A DNA stretch of 64,000 nt from Phoronis australis (lineage: Eukaryota > Animalia > Phoronida), in contig NMRA01000105.1 in assembly GCA_002633005.1 (NCBI GenBank), positions 722,010 to 786,009 on the forward strand. The letters run 5' to 3'. Shown piece after piece: positions 39,659 to 53,207 of this stretch; positions within the stretch are counted from its first letter, which is position 1, and every line of letters begins with the position of its first letter. A program made the translations under genes and the position numbers. The notes beneath the pieces are model-generated. The model made no database searches and had not been told where the DNA came from. It was given only the letters and a program-made list of their open reading frames with translations.

Positions 39659-40640
39659 AACAAGAGCAACGCAGAGCGTTGAAATGCACCCACAATTGCA
39701 CCGTATACGGTATCCTTCTAGGGTTGTTTATTGGTACCATAAAGTGGCCAGTAGAGGGCATATATGTAGTATGTTGTACTTTGCAAAATGGAAAGGCATG
39801 GTCATTGTCTCCTCAATAGGCTAGGGACAAAATGTGAGTGATCTTCATAATACAAGCACATCCTATAAATCAGTTGCTTAAAGCACCACAGAAACATAGA
39901 ATTAAAAACAAATTTACTAACATACGAGATTAGCACAGCATTAGAATGCCAGAAACAAATTTCTACTTGGAACTTTTCCTTCATAGTCACGAAGTAACAC
40001 AAAGTATANNNNNNNNNNNNNNNNNNNNNNNNNNNNNNNNNNNNNNNNNNNNNNNNNNNNNNNNNNNNNNNNNNNNNNNNNNNNNNNNNNNNNNNNNNNN
40101 NNNNNNNNNNNNNNNNNNNNNNNNNNNNNNNNNNNNNNNNNNNNNNNNNNNNNNNNNNNNNNNNNNNNNNNNNNNNNNNNNNNNNNNNNNNNNNNNNNNN
40201 NNNNNNNNNNNNNNNNNNNNNNNNNNNNNNNNNNNNNNNNNNNNNNNNNNNNNNNNNNNNNNNNNNNNNNNNNNNNNNNNNNNNNNNNNNNNNNNNNNNN
40301 NNNNNNNNNNNNNNNNNNNNNNNNNNNNNNNNNNNNNNNNNNNNNNNNNNNNNNNNNNNNNNNNNNNNNNNNNNNNNNNNNNNNNNNNNNNNNNNNNNNN
40401 NNNNNNNNNNNNNNNNNNNNNNNNNNNNNNNNNNNNNNNNNNNNNNNNNNNNNNNNNNNNNNNNNNNNNNNNNNNNNNNNNNNNNNNNNNNNNNNNNNNN
40501 NNNNNNNNNNNNNNNNNNNNNNNNNNNNNNNNNNNNNNNNNNNNNNNNNNNNNNNNNNNNNNNNNNNNNNNNNNNNNNNNNNNNNNNNNNNNNNGAGATG
40601 ACGGCATAATGCGTCCACATGTAAATATGCAGGCGCATAA
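39659..40640 (+). mobile_element. Second near-identical HINE-like copy spanning the assembly gap
   Basis: 39659-40008 is nearly identical to 36283-36632. Sequence after the gap (40595-) matches 37279-37323. Confidence 0.85.
40009..40594. other. Assembly gap (N run)
   Basis: 586 N bases. Confidence 1.
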
Positions 40641-40673
40641 TAAAGCAATTGAAATTAAGAGTCAGCTACCAAC

Positions 40674-42909
40674 CCTTCTTTGCACTGGAGAATGTACCCC
40701 AGTAGTGGCTTGTTGTAGCCCGTCAACTTCTCAAAGCCTTCCACGGACTGCTTGGACCAGCTGGTGCCAGAGGTTGGGTAGACATCCTTGAGACAGCAAT
40801 GATAAGCAAACGGAGGAAGCTTCCTGAACTCAGGGATCAGCGGGAGGACTTTGTCAGAACTGAGCCACTCTGAGTTACCGTAATCCATGTAGAACACCTT
40901 GAACTCACTGCCATCGCTGATGGCTTCTCCACTGCGTTTCTCGACAATCTCCGCACGGTAGAAAGAGTTGTCGTCTGAAAACTGAGCACAGCAGATGTCA
41001 CCAATGCTGAGACCGCCTAGAAATTTATTCAGCATGAAGTTGTTAAGGTTACCATAGTGTTTTGCTAACTGTTCCATAAGGGGATCTAACTGGGCCGCTT
41101 CAGGCGACACCAAGTGGACATAGAAGTCTGCCGGTGACTCGATATGGGACATCATCACTTTAATGGAGCCATCATCATTAATCGGAACATCTTGTTGGGT
41201 AAGGCCAAAACTTTCACAATCTGTAAGCTCATCAGTTACCTCTTCCATTCCACATGGAATGGTGTTAGAATTGGGTGAACTTTCTGGTTGGAGAGGTTGC
41301 TCTCGTTTCCCACTGGAAATATTTTCTTTGACTGTTGGTTTGCTGTCAGCCACACTGCAAGAATTTTCTCCTGTTGGCTGCAGAGCTCCATTAGAGCAGT
41401 TTTCTTCATTGTTTGGAACGGAGACACAACTATCATGAGACACCTGCTCCTGTTTTGTCTGCTCAGCACCACTCAAGCACTTCTCCTGAACAACTGCCTC
41501 ACACTTTTGCTCATCACTCTCGTGCACTGTATCAACCACAGGGTCTTTAACATCATTCTGGCAAGATTGCTCCACAACATTCTGTTGCGTATGCTTGACA
41601 TCAATCCGGCCGACCTGCTCCAAAACTTCCTGTTCAGCACCACTCTTGCACATCTGATCGGATGTTGATTGATCAGCTATCTTCTCAGCTCCATCTTCCA
41701 ACCACTTCTCAAATTCTTTATGCTTCTCATAGTTCTTAGGTAGTTTGGGAGGGAACCCCAGCTCAATGAGCTTCTGCTGTGGAGTCTTGGATCGGCTGTC
41801 GCTCGCCTCACTTAGACTACGACCACTGGCTTGTAATGTTGACTGCAGAATAGCCTCATTAAGGCACTCATCAAAAGTCTCATCTGCAAGCAAATCCTCC
41901 CACGTCTCCACAATGTTACTTCCAACCTGGGAAGATTGGTCTTCACTGCTGTGGACAGCATCCACGTTCTTCTCTTCACTGACAAGTGTCAGATCTTCTT
42001 CAGCCTTTTTCCCTGCAAGTGAATCTGTACTTTCCAACTTTAACTTTAAATCCGAAACTGCAGTTTCTCCTGATGGTGATTTTGCCATAGCAACTGGCTT
42101 ATGTTTGTCAGTTTTAGAGATGTTGTCAGCAGATGAGCTCTGGCATGCTTCAATGAATTCCGGCACAGCGAGTGATTTCTTCTTCTTTTTCTTTTGCTTC
42201 TTTTTTGAAGGTGTCAAATTCTGGCCCGAGCTGGCGGATACAATCGACCCAGAGACAATAGCGCCCTCACCGTTACTCGTATCCTTCCCAACAACATTGA
42301 TATCTTGTTGCTGGTCACATAGTGCTTCAACCTTGTCCTTTCGTTTTCCATCACAAAAACTCTGTTCAACTTTCTCTTCAGCCAACTTAACATCACTTAG
42401 AGCAAGCAACGGTTTGTTTCCAGTCAACTCTTTACCATCAACATGAAGTCCTCCTTCAGTGTTAACGTGAGAACCACCACCTTGTTCTGAAATACGTTCT
42501 GCTTTAGTCTGTTTGGCATCCTTAGATCTCTCAGGTATAACATCTTTTTGTTGGTTTTCTCCAGATTTCCACCAGGTGGTGTAAAAAGACGTGTCAGTCG
42601 ACTGCTTGACACTGCTGCCAATAACATGGTCAGAGACAGCTTTTCTCGGAGGAAGATTTGGAGAACTGGTTTTAACCGGTTTCTCAACGAGACAAATGTC
42701 AGATGTAGCACCGTGTACAGAAGATTCCGGTATTCCCTTGGCTTTGGGAATAGTCGAACTATTGTCCACCATCCGAGAGATTACAGGAAATCCAGCACCA
42801 TCTTGTTGGTTTTGTACTGAAGGAGTTGTTTTGGGATTACTTGATGTTTGATTGATTATCTTGGGTGCGACTGAAGCTATGACCTCCGTGAAGGTCATGC
42901 ACGTCCAAT
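40674..42909 (-). CDS. Multi-Tudor gene, coding exon 9 (2,236 nt: long low-complexity linker plus second extended Tudor domain)
   Basis: 772-aa ORF trimmed by ccttacAG| and GG|GTTGGT. Contains KVMMSHIESPADFYVHL...CCAQFSDDNSFYRAEIV...KVFYMDYGNSEWL...LPPFAYHCCL...WS. Basic run KKKQKKKKKK. Confidence 0.95.
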
Positions 42910-43760
42910 CTGTAAGGAAAATCAAATCAATATTACAATCACGATAAAAAACATTGAAAGGAATTTGTTGCAAAGATTGGTTTTTTGAATGGTATGCTAC
43001 AATCAGAGAATTGGCTGTGAAACATAATTTCTTGCCATTTTTGAGCAGCGAATTAAAGAGTCACTGTTTTATCAAGAATGGAACTTTGCGGTGGAGAATA
43101 GCTCAAAACTCGGTACATAAACCTCATTTAAAATGGACTTTGAAATCGAATCCTACTTGTTGCTTGCTATTTCGTATATTCTTATATCAGCTATGGCTAA
43201 ATTACATTGCTCTAATCAGAATTTAATTACAGAGAAAGGAAGCCATACTCTTGTAGAACGGAAGACCCTTGTGTGCTGCTTCACTATGAGACTAACTAAT
43301 GATGAATGAAAATCACTTTATTAGTGTTTGTAACAAGTACCACACTCCAAAAACTCCATTATGTGAGTAGTTCTGGCATGAACCAAATTAATAAATATAA
43401 ATTTGTAAAATTAATGAAAGCATAGCATTCTACAGCTCAAATTAACCTTTCCAAGTTTGGTTTTCATGCCACTGCCCTTGAGAAAAGGTGATTAGCACTC
43501 TTCTGTAACTACATGTTAAAAGTGGGCTAAGGCTCTAAATGTTGTCATTGTAAATAAACTGATTGATTAAAACATTAAGAGTCCATCATCACTAATTTCC
43601 ACGTTTTACTCACTACTACGCCATCTTTCAACTGTCCGTGCAACACTGAACACCGCAAATCATAACAATAGCAATGCAAAGAGGTGAAACGCATCTACGA
43701 CTGCGCCTCAAATGGCATGCTCCTAGGGGTGTTCATTGGTAATATAAAAACGGCACTTAG

Positions 43761-43833
43761 CACAGAATATGTCACACAGAATATGTCACACAGAATATGT
43801 CACACAGAATATGTCACACAGAATATGTCACAC
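43761..43833. repeat. 14-bp tandem repeat x5 (cacagaatatgtca)
   Basis: Direct inspection. Confidence 0.95.
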
Positions 43834-44125
43834 TCAATAATTGAACATGAGAAGCTACTGTAGTGTACTGGATAGGGAACTATTGGCCAAATTTCAAAAA
43901 AAGTCCATCAAGGAACCCCAAAGACACAGAGACAACGGCGAAAAAGCAAACTGGCTTTAGGAGGTTGAGTGGGAGCCGGATACATGCAGGTATATATGTG
44001 GCCGCATACAAAAGAATAACATTTCATTGGAAGATCTTGTAATTTGTCCCATGGTAATTAAAATTCTTGTTCTTCTTATGCCTGAAGATTTAGACTGTCA
44101 TGTTCACAGCTACCGAATCACCTAC

Positions 44126-44426
44126 CATGAACATTGGACTGGATAGCTAACAGAGAATTCAACATCTGCACCACGTGTTTCTGTTGAGCCTTACGAGCCT
44201 GTCGATGGATGATGAGATGATCGCCAATGTTCTGCATTATGTCAGCTGCGCACGGCGACCTGGATGGGTCTTGTTTTTCAGTGGGGAAATATAGGTCCGC
44301 AAAGCGTACAGGACAGTCGTCACTCTGCGGCATCAGAACTGCCTGCAGGGGGCGATCACGCACAAGTCGACTGAACTCAATCGCATGCTCCGGAGCCCAT
44401 TCTTTCAACGAATGAGGGGGTGCCAC
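44126..44426 (-). CDS. Multi-Tudor gene, coding exon 8
   Basis: VAPPHSLKEWAPEHAIEFSRLVRDRPLQA...NIGDHLIIHRQAR (eTudor C-terminal part). AG/GT, phase 0-1. Confidence 0.9.
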
Positions 44427-44880
44427 CTGTGACACGTTAAAATGTGCATTAACTTTTGTCCTTCATTTTGAAATGATAGTACAGTGATAAATTTCCAATT
44501 TCGGACAGTCTCTAGAGTTTGGGACATGGAAACTCCCGCAAAAATTGAATTTTCATCATTCTGGAATTTGGAGTGATTTTGACGATCACCACATTTCTCA
44601 AATTTCATACGATGTGTTTCAATCTACAGAGTGGGTAATTTAGCAATCTCTTTGGCGATTCTTGAATTTGGGACAGCCAATATTGCCCATTTCTAGAATG
44701 TGGGACAAACTCCGATCTTGAGCAAAATAGATAATTTTTCGCTGTCGAAAATTGGAGAATTTTTTACGTATTAAATAAATGCAGAAGATAATCTCTGGTT
44801 GAAAATGAGCAGATTAGAAGAGCAACAAATGCTTCTTCACTAAACACAATAAATTCACTTGCTCCAAATTATACTTTAGG

Positions 44881-45238
44881 TACTGTAAAGCTGGGGCGTT
44901 TTTTTAGGACATGCTCCAAACCCAGCCTCTATTAGAGGGAAGTGCTCATTGGAGACCCAGTGTTTATTTATTCCAGTCTTACGGCAGGCCAATTCACCGT
45001 ATTGTATGATGGCAAGTGAAAAAATGAGACTTTTCAAATTGTCCGCTGAGGTTGTATCATGCTATTTACGTGAGCAAAAGAATGACTCCTCCATGGTATC
45101 CAGACAAAATGGAGAAACAGCCTGTATTAGACGGAGGGCCTCTATTACAGTCCTGGCATTTACTTATTTCAACATACCTAGACTCTCGTTTTCTATTAGA
45201 GTATAAGAGATGTGGCTTCTACTAGAAGCTTTGCGGTA
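44881..45238. mobile_element. Degenerate TA-flanked MITE
   Basis: TACTGTAAAGCT ... AGCTTTGCGGTA ends, with a repeated ctattaga motif inside. Confidence 0.5.
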
Positions 45239-45740
45239 ATTTACAATTTCCACGAGTAACTGATACCAAAGATAGAATTCAGAGAACATGAAATCAAATA
45301 ATGGAAGACAATGGTTGACGTGTATTCATGCAATGTACCCGAATCATAATAAAATCACACCAGGAATAGCTGAAAACACTCTAAGAAAGTGGAATCAATT
45401 TTCAGGGCACCTGCATACAGTGTATGTTTAAAACAATAACTTGCATTGTCTTGGAGACTCCGTCAACATTTTCAGATCTAATTTGAAGCACTTAAATTAC
45501 ATTGAGGAACAACGTCATCAGCTTAACAGAGACCTGACAAACAATATAATTAAAGACTCTATTTATACCATTCACAGACGATGTGTTAAAAATTCTAAGC
45601 TTTTTTTAAGCATTTGTGCCAAAAGTAATCATAAACCAAATAATTAACAGGCCACTGACCACGTTGTTTATCACCACTCTGAACTAGTTTTCAGGAGTGT
45701 AACGTCACCACTTTCCAAGCGTATTACTTGAACACCTCAC

Positions 45741-45889
45741 CTCAGACAGAGCACAGCAGAAAGTCTGTGACGGGAGCTCAGCAAACTGTGGCTCTAGGTG
45801 TCGTATGCTGCTGAGAGGCAAACGTTCGCAGTTACCGTAGTCGAGGTAGAGCACCTCCACATCAGCACGACCAGTGTGTTGATGATGCG
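45741..45889 (-). CDS. Multi-Tudor gene, coding exon 7
   Basis: VEVLYLDYGNCERLPLSSIRHLEPQFAELPSQTFCCALSE. AG/GT, phase 1-0. Confidence 0.95.
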
Positions 45890-46733
45890 CTGAAAAAAGA
45901 TACACCACGTTGTGTCTAAAATGCTAGTAATAATCGTCCTTCTTACGTATAAATCACAGCATGTTGCAGGAATACTCACACTGTGAATGGACTCAGACAG
46001 GCTCATCCTGAAACGAGCTCTCTGACACTGGTGGACTGACCTACTTTTCAAAGTGTCAGTCACTTCCAAGTTCATTAGCAAGGGAAGCACACCCAGTACT
46101 TTTTTGCCAATTCCGTAGTGTCAGCATTGTATCTCAGAATGCACTAATACAAGTTTGCCAGCATCACAATGACAAATTACAATTAATTAGGATACGAGAT
46201 AGTACATTTGAGTGTGAAGAAGTAGAAGTGCTTGACACGCATTGCATTGTGAGTATAAGAATAAGAGTGGTGCAGTGCTATTTCAGGACGGGGTTGAGCA
46301 TGCATGCCAATTTCGATCTACCGCATGGCAATAAAAGTGTTTAGGCACTGTTATCGATAACTGCTGCCTCTGTTCCCAAGTCCACAACAAAAGAAGATGG
46401 CCACAGAAGTGATCACTCTGGTGATTTGTGCTTTCAACTTTTAACTAAATCATATAGAACGGAGTGTAACGTGGGATAACCGCACAATGCCACGCGCTCG
46501 TCTTAACAGCAACACGCATTTTTCGGGTAACATGTGTCACTCCTTCATGACACTCGGTTTTTAATTACCAAATCAAAGTATCCTTTGACTCTTGTCATAT
46601 AACAGAAGTTTTTAAGTGCTATCTGTGATACGCCAAAAGAGACAACACCTTGACCCAACGTCACGTCAGCACCAGATAAGTACGACCTCCTGCAAATAAG
46701 ATTTTATCCAGTACAGTCGGTGTGCATACTTAC

Positions 46734-46870
46734 ATGTGTTTGACTCTGATTGCAGAGCCACAATTCTGGCCCGGTACCAGGTCTTATCTTTGGTATACAA
46801 GGCGCAACACTCCATGCCAAGGTGAAGGTCACACGCACGAATGTAACGACCATTCTTGCCGTAGTAATGA
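46734..46870 (-). CDS. Multi-Tudor gene, coding exon 6 (not in ORF track)
   Basis: HYYGKNGRYIRACDLHLGMECCALYTKDKTWYRARIVALQSESNT. ttgcAG / GTAAGT, phase 2-1. Confidence 0.93.
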
Positions 46871-46904
46871 CTGCAAGCACAGGACTATGAATGTAGTACC
46901 GTAA

Positions 46905-47160
46905 ATAATGACAATAACAGTAACAGTAGCAGTTGCAGTAGCAGTAGTAGTATCAGGTAGTAGTAACAGCAGCTGCAGTAACAGTAGTAGTAGTAGTATC
47001 AGGTAGTAGTAACAGCAGCAGTAACAGTAGTAGTAGTAGTAGTATCAGGTAGTAGTAACAGCAGCAGTAACAGTAGTAGTAGTAGTAGCGGTAATGGTAG
47101 CAGTAGCGGTAACAGTAAAAGTAATAATAGTAACAACAATGACAATGACAACTGTTACAA
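46905..47160. repeat. Compound (TAG/CAG/TAA)n trinucleotide tract with higher-order duplications
   Basis: agtatcaggtagtagtaacagcagc recurs three times within the tract. Confidence 0.9.
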
Positions 47161-47220
47161 TAAATATTGATTGACCACAAATAATATTAATAAAAATAAT
47201 AAATACCATAACAACATATA

Positions 47221-48604
47221 CCGTATTCGCCCTAATAAGTGCCCATGTCCCTATAAGCGCCCCCCACGTGTTTTCAGACTTCGCTAAAATAAGCGCCCAG
47301 CCCATGAACGTGTACATGTAAAAAATGCCTTACGTGCAGTTATAAAATTTTGCAGTAAGGTATTCAACTTATCAAATAATATGATCCGACAGTTCTGAAA
47401 AAAATCATTGTGCACATAATTTGTAGACCACGAGCCTCGTCGCTATGTCAGTATTTAGCCGTGACTACACACTTCAAACTTCCGCCATGCTTCAAAAAGA
47501 ACGCAAGTTTTGCTGATCTTGCGAGGAACGAGTCCCAACAAAGTCTGGCCTTTCAGAAAAGATGCAGCATACTTGTCAACAGGATTGTGTTGTATCTTTC
47601 CCGTACAAATCTCACTCGACAGGAATCCAGTGCATGTGGCCAGGAAGTGCACGCTAAATGCATGTACCTGTCATCGAAGACATTAGTCTTCGGGAACTAT
47701 CTATTCAAGAAGCGGGTAGCATAGCATCGTCAAGAAATAAATATTGGCACTAATTTCCAAAAGTTTCTGATATCATAATTTAAGTCAGAATGACCCATTG
47801 ATGGTAAACACTTCCTCACCCTTACACCCCGAATCTCCCAGAAAATAACTCTTAGACTGTCATGCATCCAGTCACCCGGCAACTCAATGACGCAGGCCTT
47901 ACCGAGACAATTCTCGAACGTTTTTTAACAGATGAGACCACCAAGTGCTACATAAAACACGTTCTGCTTTACTGCTTGTGTTAATTTCTTTAGTTACAAT
48001 GCACACCTAGGTCGTTACATTGCGTTTTTTCTGGCAAATGAACTCTGATGACACGCACGTGCTCGCTCACTCACACGCAGATGAACTTCAAAACAAATGT
48101 CACGTGACAACAACATGAGAGTTCGTCCAGAGATTTTTCTTGTGTTGTGAGGTACGATCTAGCGCTGATTTGGACTTAATCTGCAGTTAATCACGACTTC
48201 ACAGGAACTTAAAAATCTTAGGGACGCTATTTGGAAAACTTGAGGATTTCAGGTAATTTGTCGAGTCGAAACTGTATTTTTATTCAAGAATTCAAGTTGC
48301 CCTATCGACGATCGCGAGGCAGCGATGCCTCAGTCAGCAACTCTTCGCCCAGGGATTTCAGCACAATTTTATGAAAAATGATCAAAATTTAACAACGAAG
48401 TTTGATAGCAATCCAGCACAATTTTGTAGAAAGCCTGTCATAGGTTACAGATATGTCACAGGGCGTAAATTTAATGAATCCTACCTTCCAATTTCACCCG
48501 TTTCAAAGACCACGTTTCAACCACCTTAGGCTACAATAAGCACCCAATCCCCCCCTAAAACGAATTTTTCTAAGCGCCCTGGGCACTTATTAGGGAGAAT
48601 ACGG
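47221..48604. mobile_element. Non-autonomous Tc1/mariner(pogo)-type element, TA TSD
   Basis: TA|CCGTATTCGCCCTAATAAGTGCCC ... GGGCACTTATTAGGGAGAATACGG|TA (23/24 TIR match). Repeated taagcgccc subterminal motifs. Confidence 0.85.
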
Positions 48605-49029
48605 TAATTCATGATAATAAATAGGAACAGTAATAAGTTATCATGGATGCCAACTTGACCATTATTGCCTTGGGTTGCAATATTAGACATTGCCCTCAAC
48701 TTTGGGAGAATGAACTTGCAAATAAATTTGAACTTCAACGTCATTTAAATTAACAACCAGGCACTTTCCCTGTGACACATACTAGTCATAACTTAAGAAT
48801 CTTTACTTTACATTCTGTGATTATCAGAATAGTCTAACTTCATGCAATATGACGGATGTCAGTACAAACTCTAACGGACTAGGGACACTTTGAGCAGAGA
48901 AAGTCACGTGGCCGGACCCACAAATACATAGCACGCACTTCTAAATCTCTCGACTGCACTCTGCAAAAGCTCAAGCTGCACACATAAAAATTGTCATTAG
49001 ATCAATCAAACTTCCTGTGTATTCGAACA

Positions 49030-49180
49030 TACTTTATCAGTGAAAGGCGGGAAACTCCTCACTCATCGATAAAGGTGTGGCGGACCAGGCCGAAACGTCT
49101 GCGTCCAACCTGAACCGTCTCTAAGTAAGTGATTATCTTCTATTGTAATGCCTCTAGAGACCAAGGACCAACCTATTCTC
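49030..49180 (+). mobile_element. Solo Penelope-like pLTR relic with degenerate hammerhead (49064-49101)
   Basis: ca-tcgataa-aggtgtgg-cgga-ccaggcc-GAAA-c-GTC-tg. Core CTGATGA is mutated; stem II and GAAACGTC are retained. Confidence 0.45.
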
Positions 49181-49342
49181 CATAATCAAAACACAGTCAG
49201 CTGAATCTTCAGTTTAGTAAATAGACTCCAGCAAAATGTCAACACTATGGTTGAGAATCACGTGTGATTGGTTTGAGAATGCACGAGTTCAGTCAAAGCA
49301 TTGTTTATCCCGTTAGTGTTCTGCCAACACATCACAACATAC

Positions 49343-49661
49343 CTAATCTCATCCATTACATCATCTAAGTAAGGACCCACTGGCTGAGCCCAGAACATAG
49401 ACGGGTTGACTACCTCCGTGACAATGACGTTCAGCATTTTACCCGACTCGTATGTCAACGTTGGTAGTCTGACATCCTGTTTGACAGCTGCCTGGTTAGT
49501 TGAGGTCGGCTTCAAGCGAGACCTTCTCGACAGGTCTTGGCTCTTGCCTGCAGGTACCGACATCGAACTACAATCTCCCACCTGAACTGAAGCACCTTTT
49601 GCACTTTGAGTACTGTCGTTGAGAAGGTACTGAACATTTGCAATGTCTCCGTCTGGTGAGC
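49343..49661 (-). CDS. Multi-Tudor gene, coding exon 5 (start of first extended Tudor)
   Basis: ...LNVIVTEVVNPSMFWAQPVGPYLDDVMDEI. AG/GT, phase 1-2. Confidence 0.92.
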
Positions 49662-50609
49662 CTAAAAAGTACATCTACATTACACAAATTAATAGAGACC
49701 CCTCGAGTGGTTAATTTTACATTGCTCTAATGGAGGAATCTCAAGCACTCCTTGCGTACTATGTTCTATGTCTGACACCAGCTGGAATCTGCCTTCTCCT
49801 GACAAAGAATACAGAAAAAATTGCCATATTTCTATTTTTCACAGGCTTACCACATTGTTGCACATGCTCAAGATCTTACCAAATTTTGTTTGGCAGTAGC
49901 TACATCTCACAAATCATCCTGAAAGCGACGTAAATTTTCCCGAAGCAATTTTTGTTGAGAAATTTTACAAAATGAAATTTCACCTGTTTGCCGTATTGTG
50001 TCCCAAACTGAATAATTTTTACCGTATCTTTTTTAATATTTAGACCACTCACTGTAGTTATAAAACTGGTCTGACTTGTTCCTTGCTAAGATTAGAAGTG
50101 ATTTCTGGGCGTACGAAAACCTGACCTGTCCAGTGGATTGTTAATACCTTTTAAAGGTACAAGCAATCTGTCACTTAAAATAAAAAAATTAAATTTCAAA
50201 AGCCCACACTCAGTGCATAAGATGACTTACTGAGTCCGGTATCAAGCAATAATGAACTCTAGAGTTCTTCCTAAGCCTGGGAATTTCCTCAGTAAGACAA
50301 CTTTTATAATAGTGAGTAGCACAAAACACCACCAAATCCCTTACTAGAAACTAAAAATGCTTTTTAGTAAGTGAGGGCCCCCATGGAAAGCAGTGTGAAC
50401 TGATCGTGCTACCCTCATTGTAAATATTACATTTAATAAATAATTTTAGCCATTTAACAACATATTGTCGAAGAGCACTGAAAAACCTTTTCCATTGTAG
50501 CACAAGACAACCAGCAGGTTTATAACACCTTTAATTGAACAAGTCACGTTTAGGTTGGCACCAGAAAGAAGAGATCAGCTGATCACTATCACGATGAGGT
50601 TAGACGTAC

Positions 50610-50751
50610 CTGAAACTTTTGTAGTATCAAGCTTCTGGGCTGTAGCTAGGCTGACCCCCTGGGTGACGGGGTCATCTGGCACCAAACGCAACGCATCAGG
50701 GCAACTCCTGAAACTTGTAACTGACGGAGAAGGGATGATGTCGTGGTCACG
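50610..50751 (-). CDS. Multi-Tudor gene, coding exon 4
   Basis: RDHDIIPSPSVTSFRSCPDALRLVPDDPVTQGVSLATAQKLDTTKVS. AG/GT, phase 0-1 fits neighbours. Confidence 0.75.
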
Positions 50752-50881
50752 CTGCAATGAGGAAGGAATGAAGAGTTTAACTACCATTTAAAAAAGCAGA
50801 TAAATACTGCACAAGCAATCTGGCTCTTTGGGCGAGTACAGGGATTCGATTTGCGTAGCACAGCATCCACTTGACAGCAGG

Positions 50882-51043
50882 TTAATTCACACACTAGATT
50901 TACAAGCCTGCTAAGGATAATATTTATTAATAGTGCTTAAAATCACCACATCAAAAACACCATTAATTCACACACTAGATTTACAAGCCTGCTAAGGATA
51001 ATATTTATTAATAGTGTTTAAAATCACCACATCAAAAACACCA
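50882..51043. repeat. 81-bp tandem duplication
   Basis: Units start at 50882 and 50963, with one substitution. Confidence 0.95.
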
Positions 51044-51726
51044 TAAAACAGCCCCACCAGTTGATCATGTGTCAAATCAGATCACACGCAAACACTATGT
51101 GATGATATGTTAATCAGCTGATATCCAGTTACGAGCACATACGATACAAGCTACGCAAAACTGGGACAACCAATCACAGCACTAGTCGTCCTCCATTATG
51201 TTTAGTGTGAAAACAATGCTGCTTGTTTTCTTGTGGTTTATGGTACAATAAGGAATGGTGATGTGTTGCGTTTGTGGTGGTTGTGACGACTTAGTATTCA
51301 ACCACACTGTGGCTCTTTTCAGTTTTCTGCGGGACATCGGAGACGAGCGGATACGATACAAGGTTCAACAAGAAACTCGCGTGTTGGTGGACATGACACA
51401 CTGGCACTGGTTACATTCATACATCACACTCATGTCTGTGGAAGGCTATAAAGCAATGTTCAATGATGCTGACAATGTCAAAGCGAGCTAAATAGTGGTT
51501 TTCAGCAATTAAAACGATATGAAACATTTTTTTTGTATTTCCTGGTCTCTTTTCTTTCCGAAAATATGTACTTCTACTAGTTGACAAAGCCTAGTCTTTT
51601 GATATACGAAATAGAATGGAGGCCACTAAATAAGGTTTGCGACAACCTCAAGTTCTAGTATCGGGTAGACTGGTGCAAAACTACGTCAATGTAGGATCAC
51701 ACTGCTTATCGAGTACCAATACTTAC

Positions 51727-51830
51727 ACGTGTGTTGTCAAGAGACTGCTGGTTAAAACTTTCATTGTAAACAGTTGAGCTGGTAGAGGGCAAAGTGAAGT
51801 CAGCCGAGATATTGTCTTCCGACATATTGT
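51727..51830 (-). CDS. Multi-Tudor gene, coding exon 3
   Basis: DNMSEDNISADFTLPSTSSTVYNESFNQQSLDNTR. ttacAG / GTAAGT, phase 1-0. Confidence 0.75.
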
Positions 51831-53207
51831 CTGTAAGCAACACCGACTCTTATTAATTTAACTGTAGTCATGAAGATTGAATAAAATAATCATAGATTTG
51901 TCACATGAGGGATTTATGATAGAAGCCAGCAAAACTACTGATCACTGTGAGGAAACATGCCAGAAGATGAAGTTAGTACTTTGGCCAACCAGCTTTCTGA
52001 AAAGTCGCACTTCCAAATAAGTGCCCATAGGCCAACTTTCAAAAATTCCTGGTAGATGCCAACCACCAGACTCAAAAAATAATATAAGTAGCCTCCAGGT
52101 GGTGTTCAAGAGGTCAAATGAAAAGGTGTTATAGTCCTTTTAGTGGAAACCTATTTACCAAATTGATTAAAAATCCATCAACAAACTCAAAGATACAAAA
52201 GGAAAACGCAAAAACTGAAATTGCCACTAGTGGACACAGTGGTAGTCAGACTTGAAAATAATAAAAATGGCCACTGGGTGCCAAACAGTAAGTCAAGAGG
52301 AGCAAAGTCTTAAAACAGCGTAAGAGCAAAACTCGACTTATCAGTTACCAGACAGCGGACATTGAGATGTTTTCAACTTAACATCAACTACTAAAAGAAA
52401 GGCAAAAAATCTAGACAATAAAACACATTCAGTTTAACACAAGCACAAGGCCCAGAATTTGTAACTTGTACAAGGCACATACTAAAAATCGGACAATACT
52501 ACTATTAGGCAATAGGGGTGCACAGTCGGCTGCGAAAATAATGAAGCAAAAACATGTCATCAGGCAAATCAAGAGTTCAAAAAAGTTTTTGACCACGTGA
52601 ATACAGACAATATTTGACTTGCACTTAATGGCAAGTTGATTTCTTGCGCTGTAGCTTTTAGTTGGGCATCTCGAATTTGGTGTCGGGAAAAAAAACATGC
52701 GGTCAACCGAGATGGAACAGCGAGACAAGTTGCTTGACACAATGGCCCATGTCTGCTTGTATTCAAAACAATGCAACAATTTTGTCTTTTAGTCTGCCAT
52801 ACATCGTTACCAACACTATAGACGTAACCGGGTACCATTTGTCTGTCAATTGTTAAAGTACGACATAAAGACTGACACCGAATACGATTCATATGTGCTT
52901 TCCGTCCAAAATAGTATGGCTATTTTACTGCCATAGTAAGGCAAGGCTCTGGTTCTGCTAAAACAGACTGACTGTCACATAATGGTAAGCGAGTTGTGCA
53001 CATTTTGGAATCTCAGTTTTGTGCGACAAACGCTCACAAAAGCACCGACACTTTTAAGGAAGTCTTGATCATGAAAAATTGAGGGTGGACATTAAGCCCA
53101 GCATGGGCGGCAACCCGGACGAGTATGATAATATTGCCCGAGGCCAAAGGCCAAGGCCCAAGGCAATGTTGTTCTCCCAAGAGTCTGGTTCATATATACC
53201 GCATTAC

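Noticed and set aside
39802-40791. Four long ORFs in the ORF track
   Set aside because: Artefacts of translating through the N gap.
41163-42851. Plus-strand ORFs up to 233 aa
   Set aside because: Antisense shadows of the large Tudor exon.
46953-47317. Tyr/Cys/Leu/Thr-rich ORFs
   Set aside because: Translations of a trinucleotide microsatellite.
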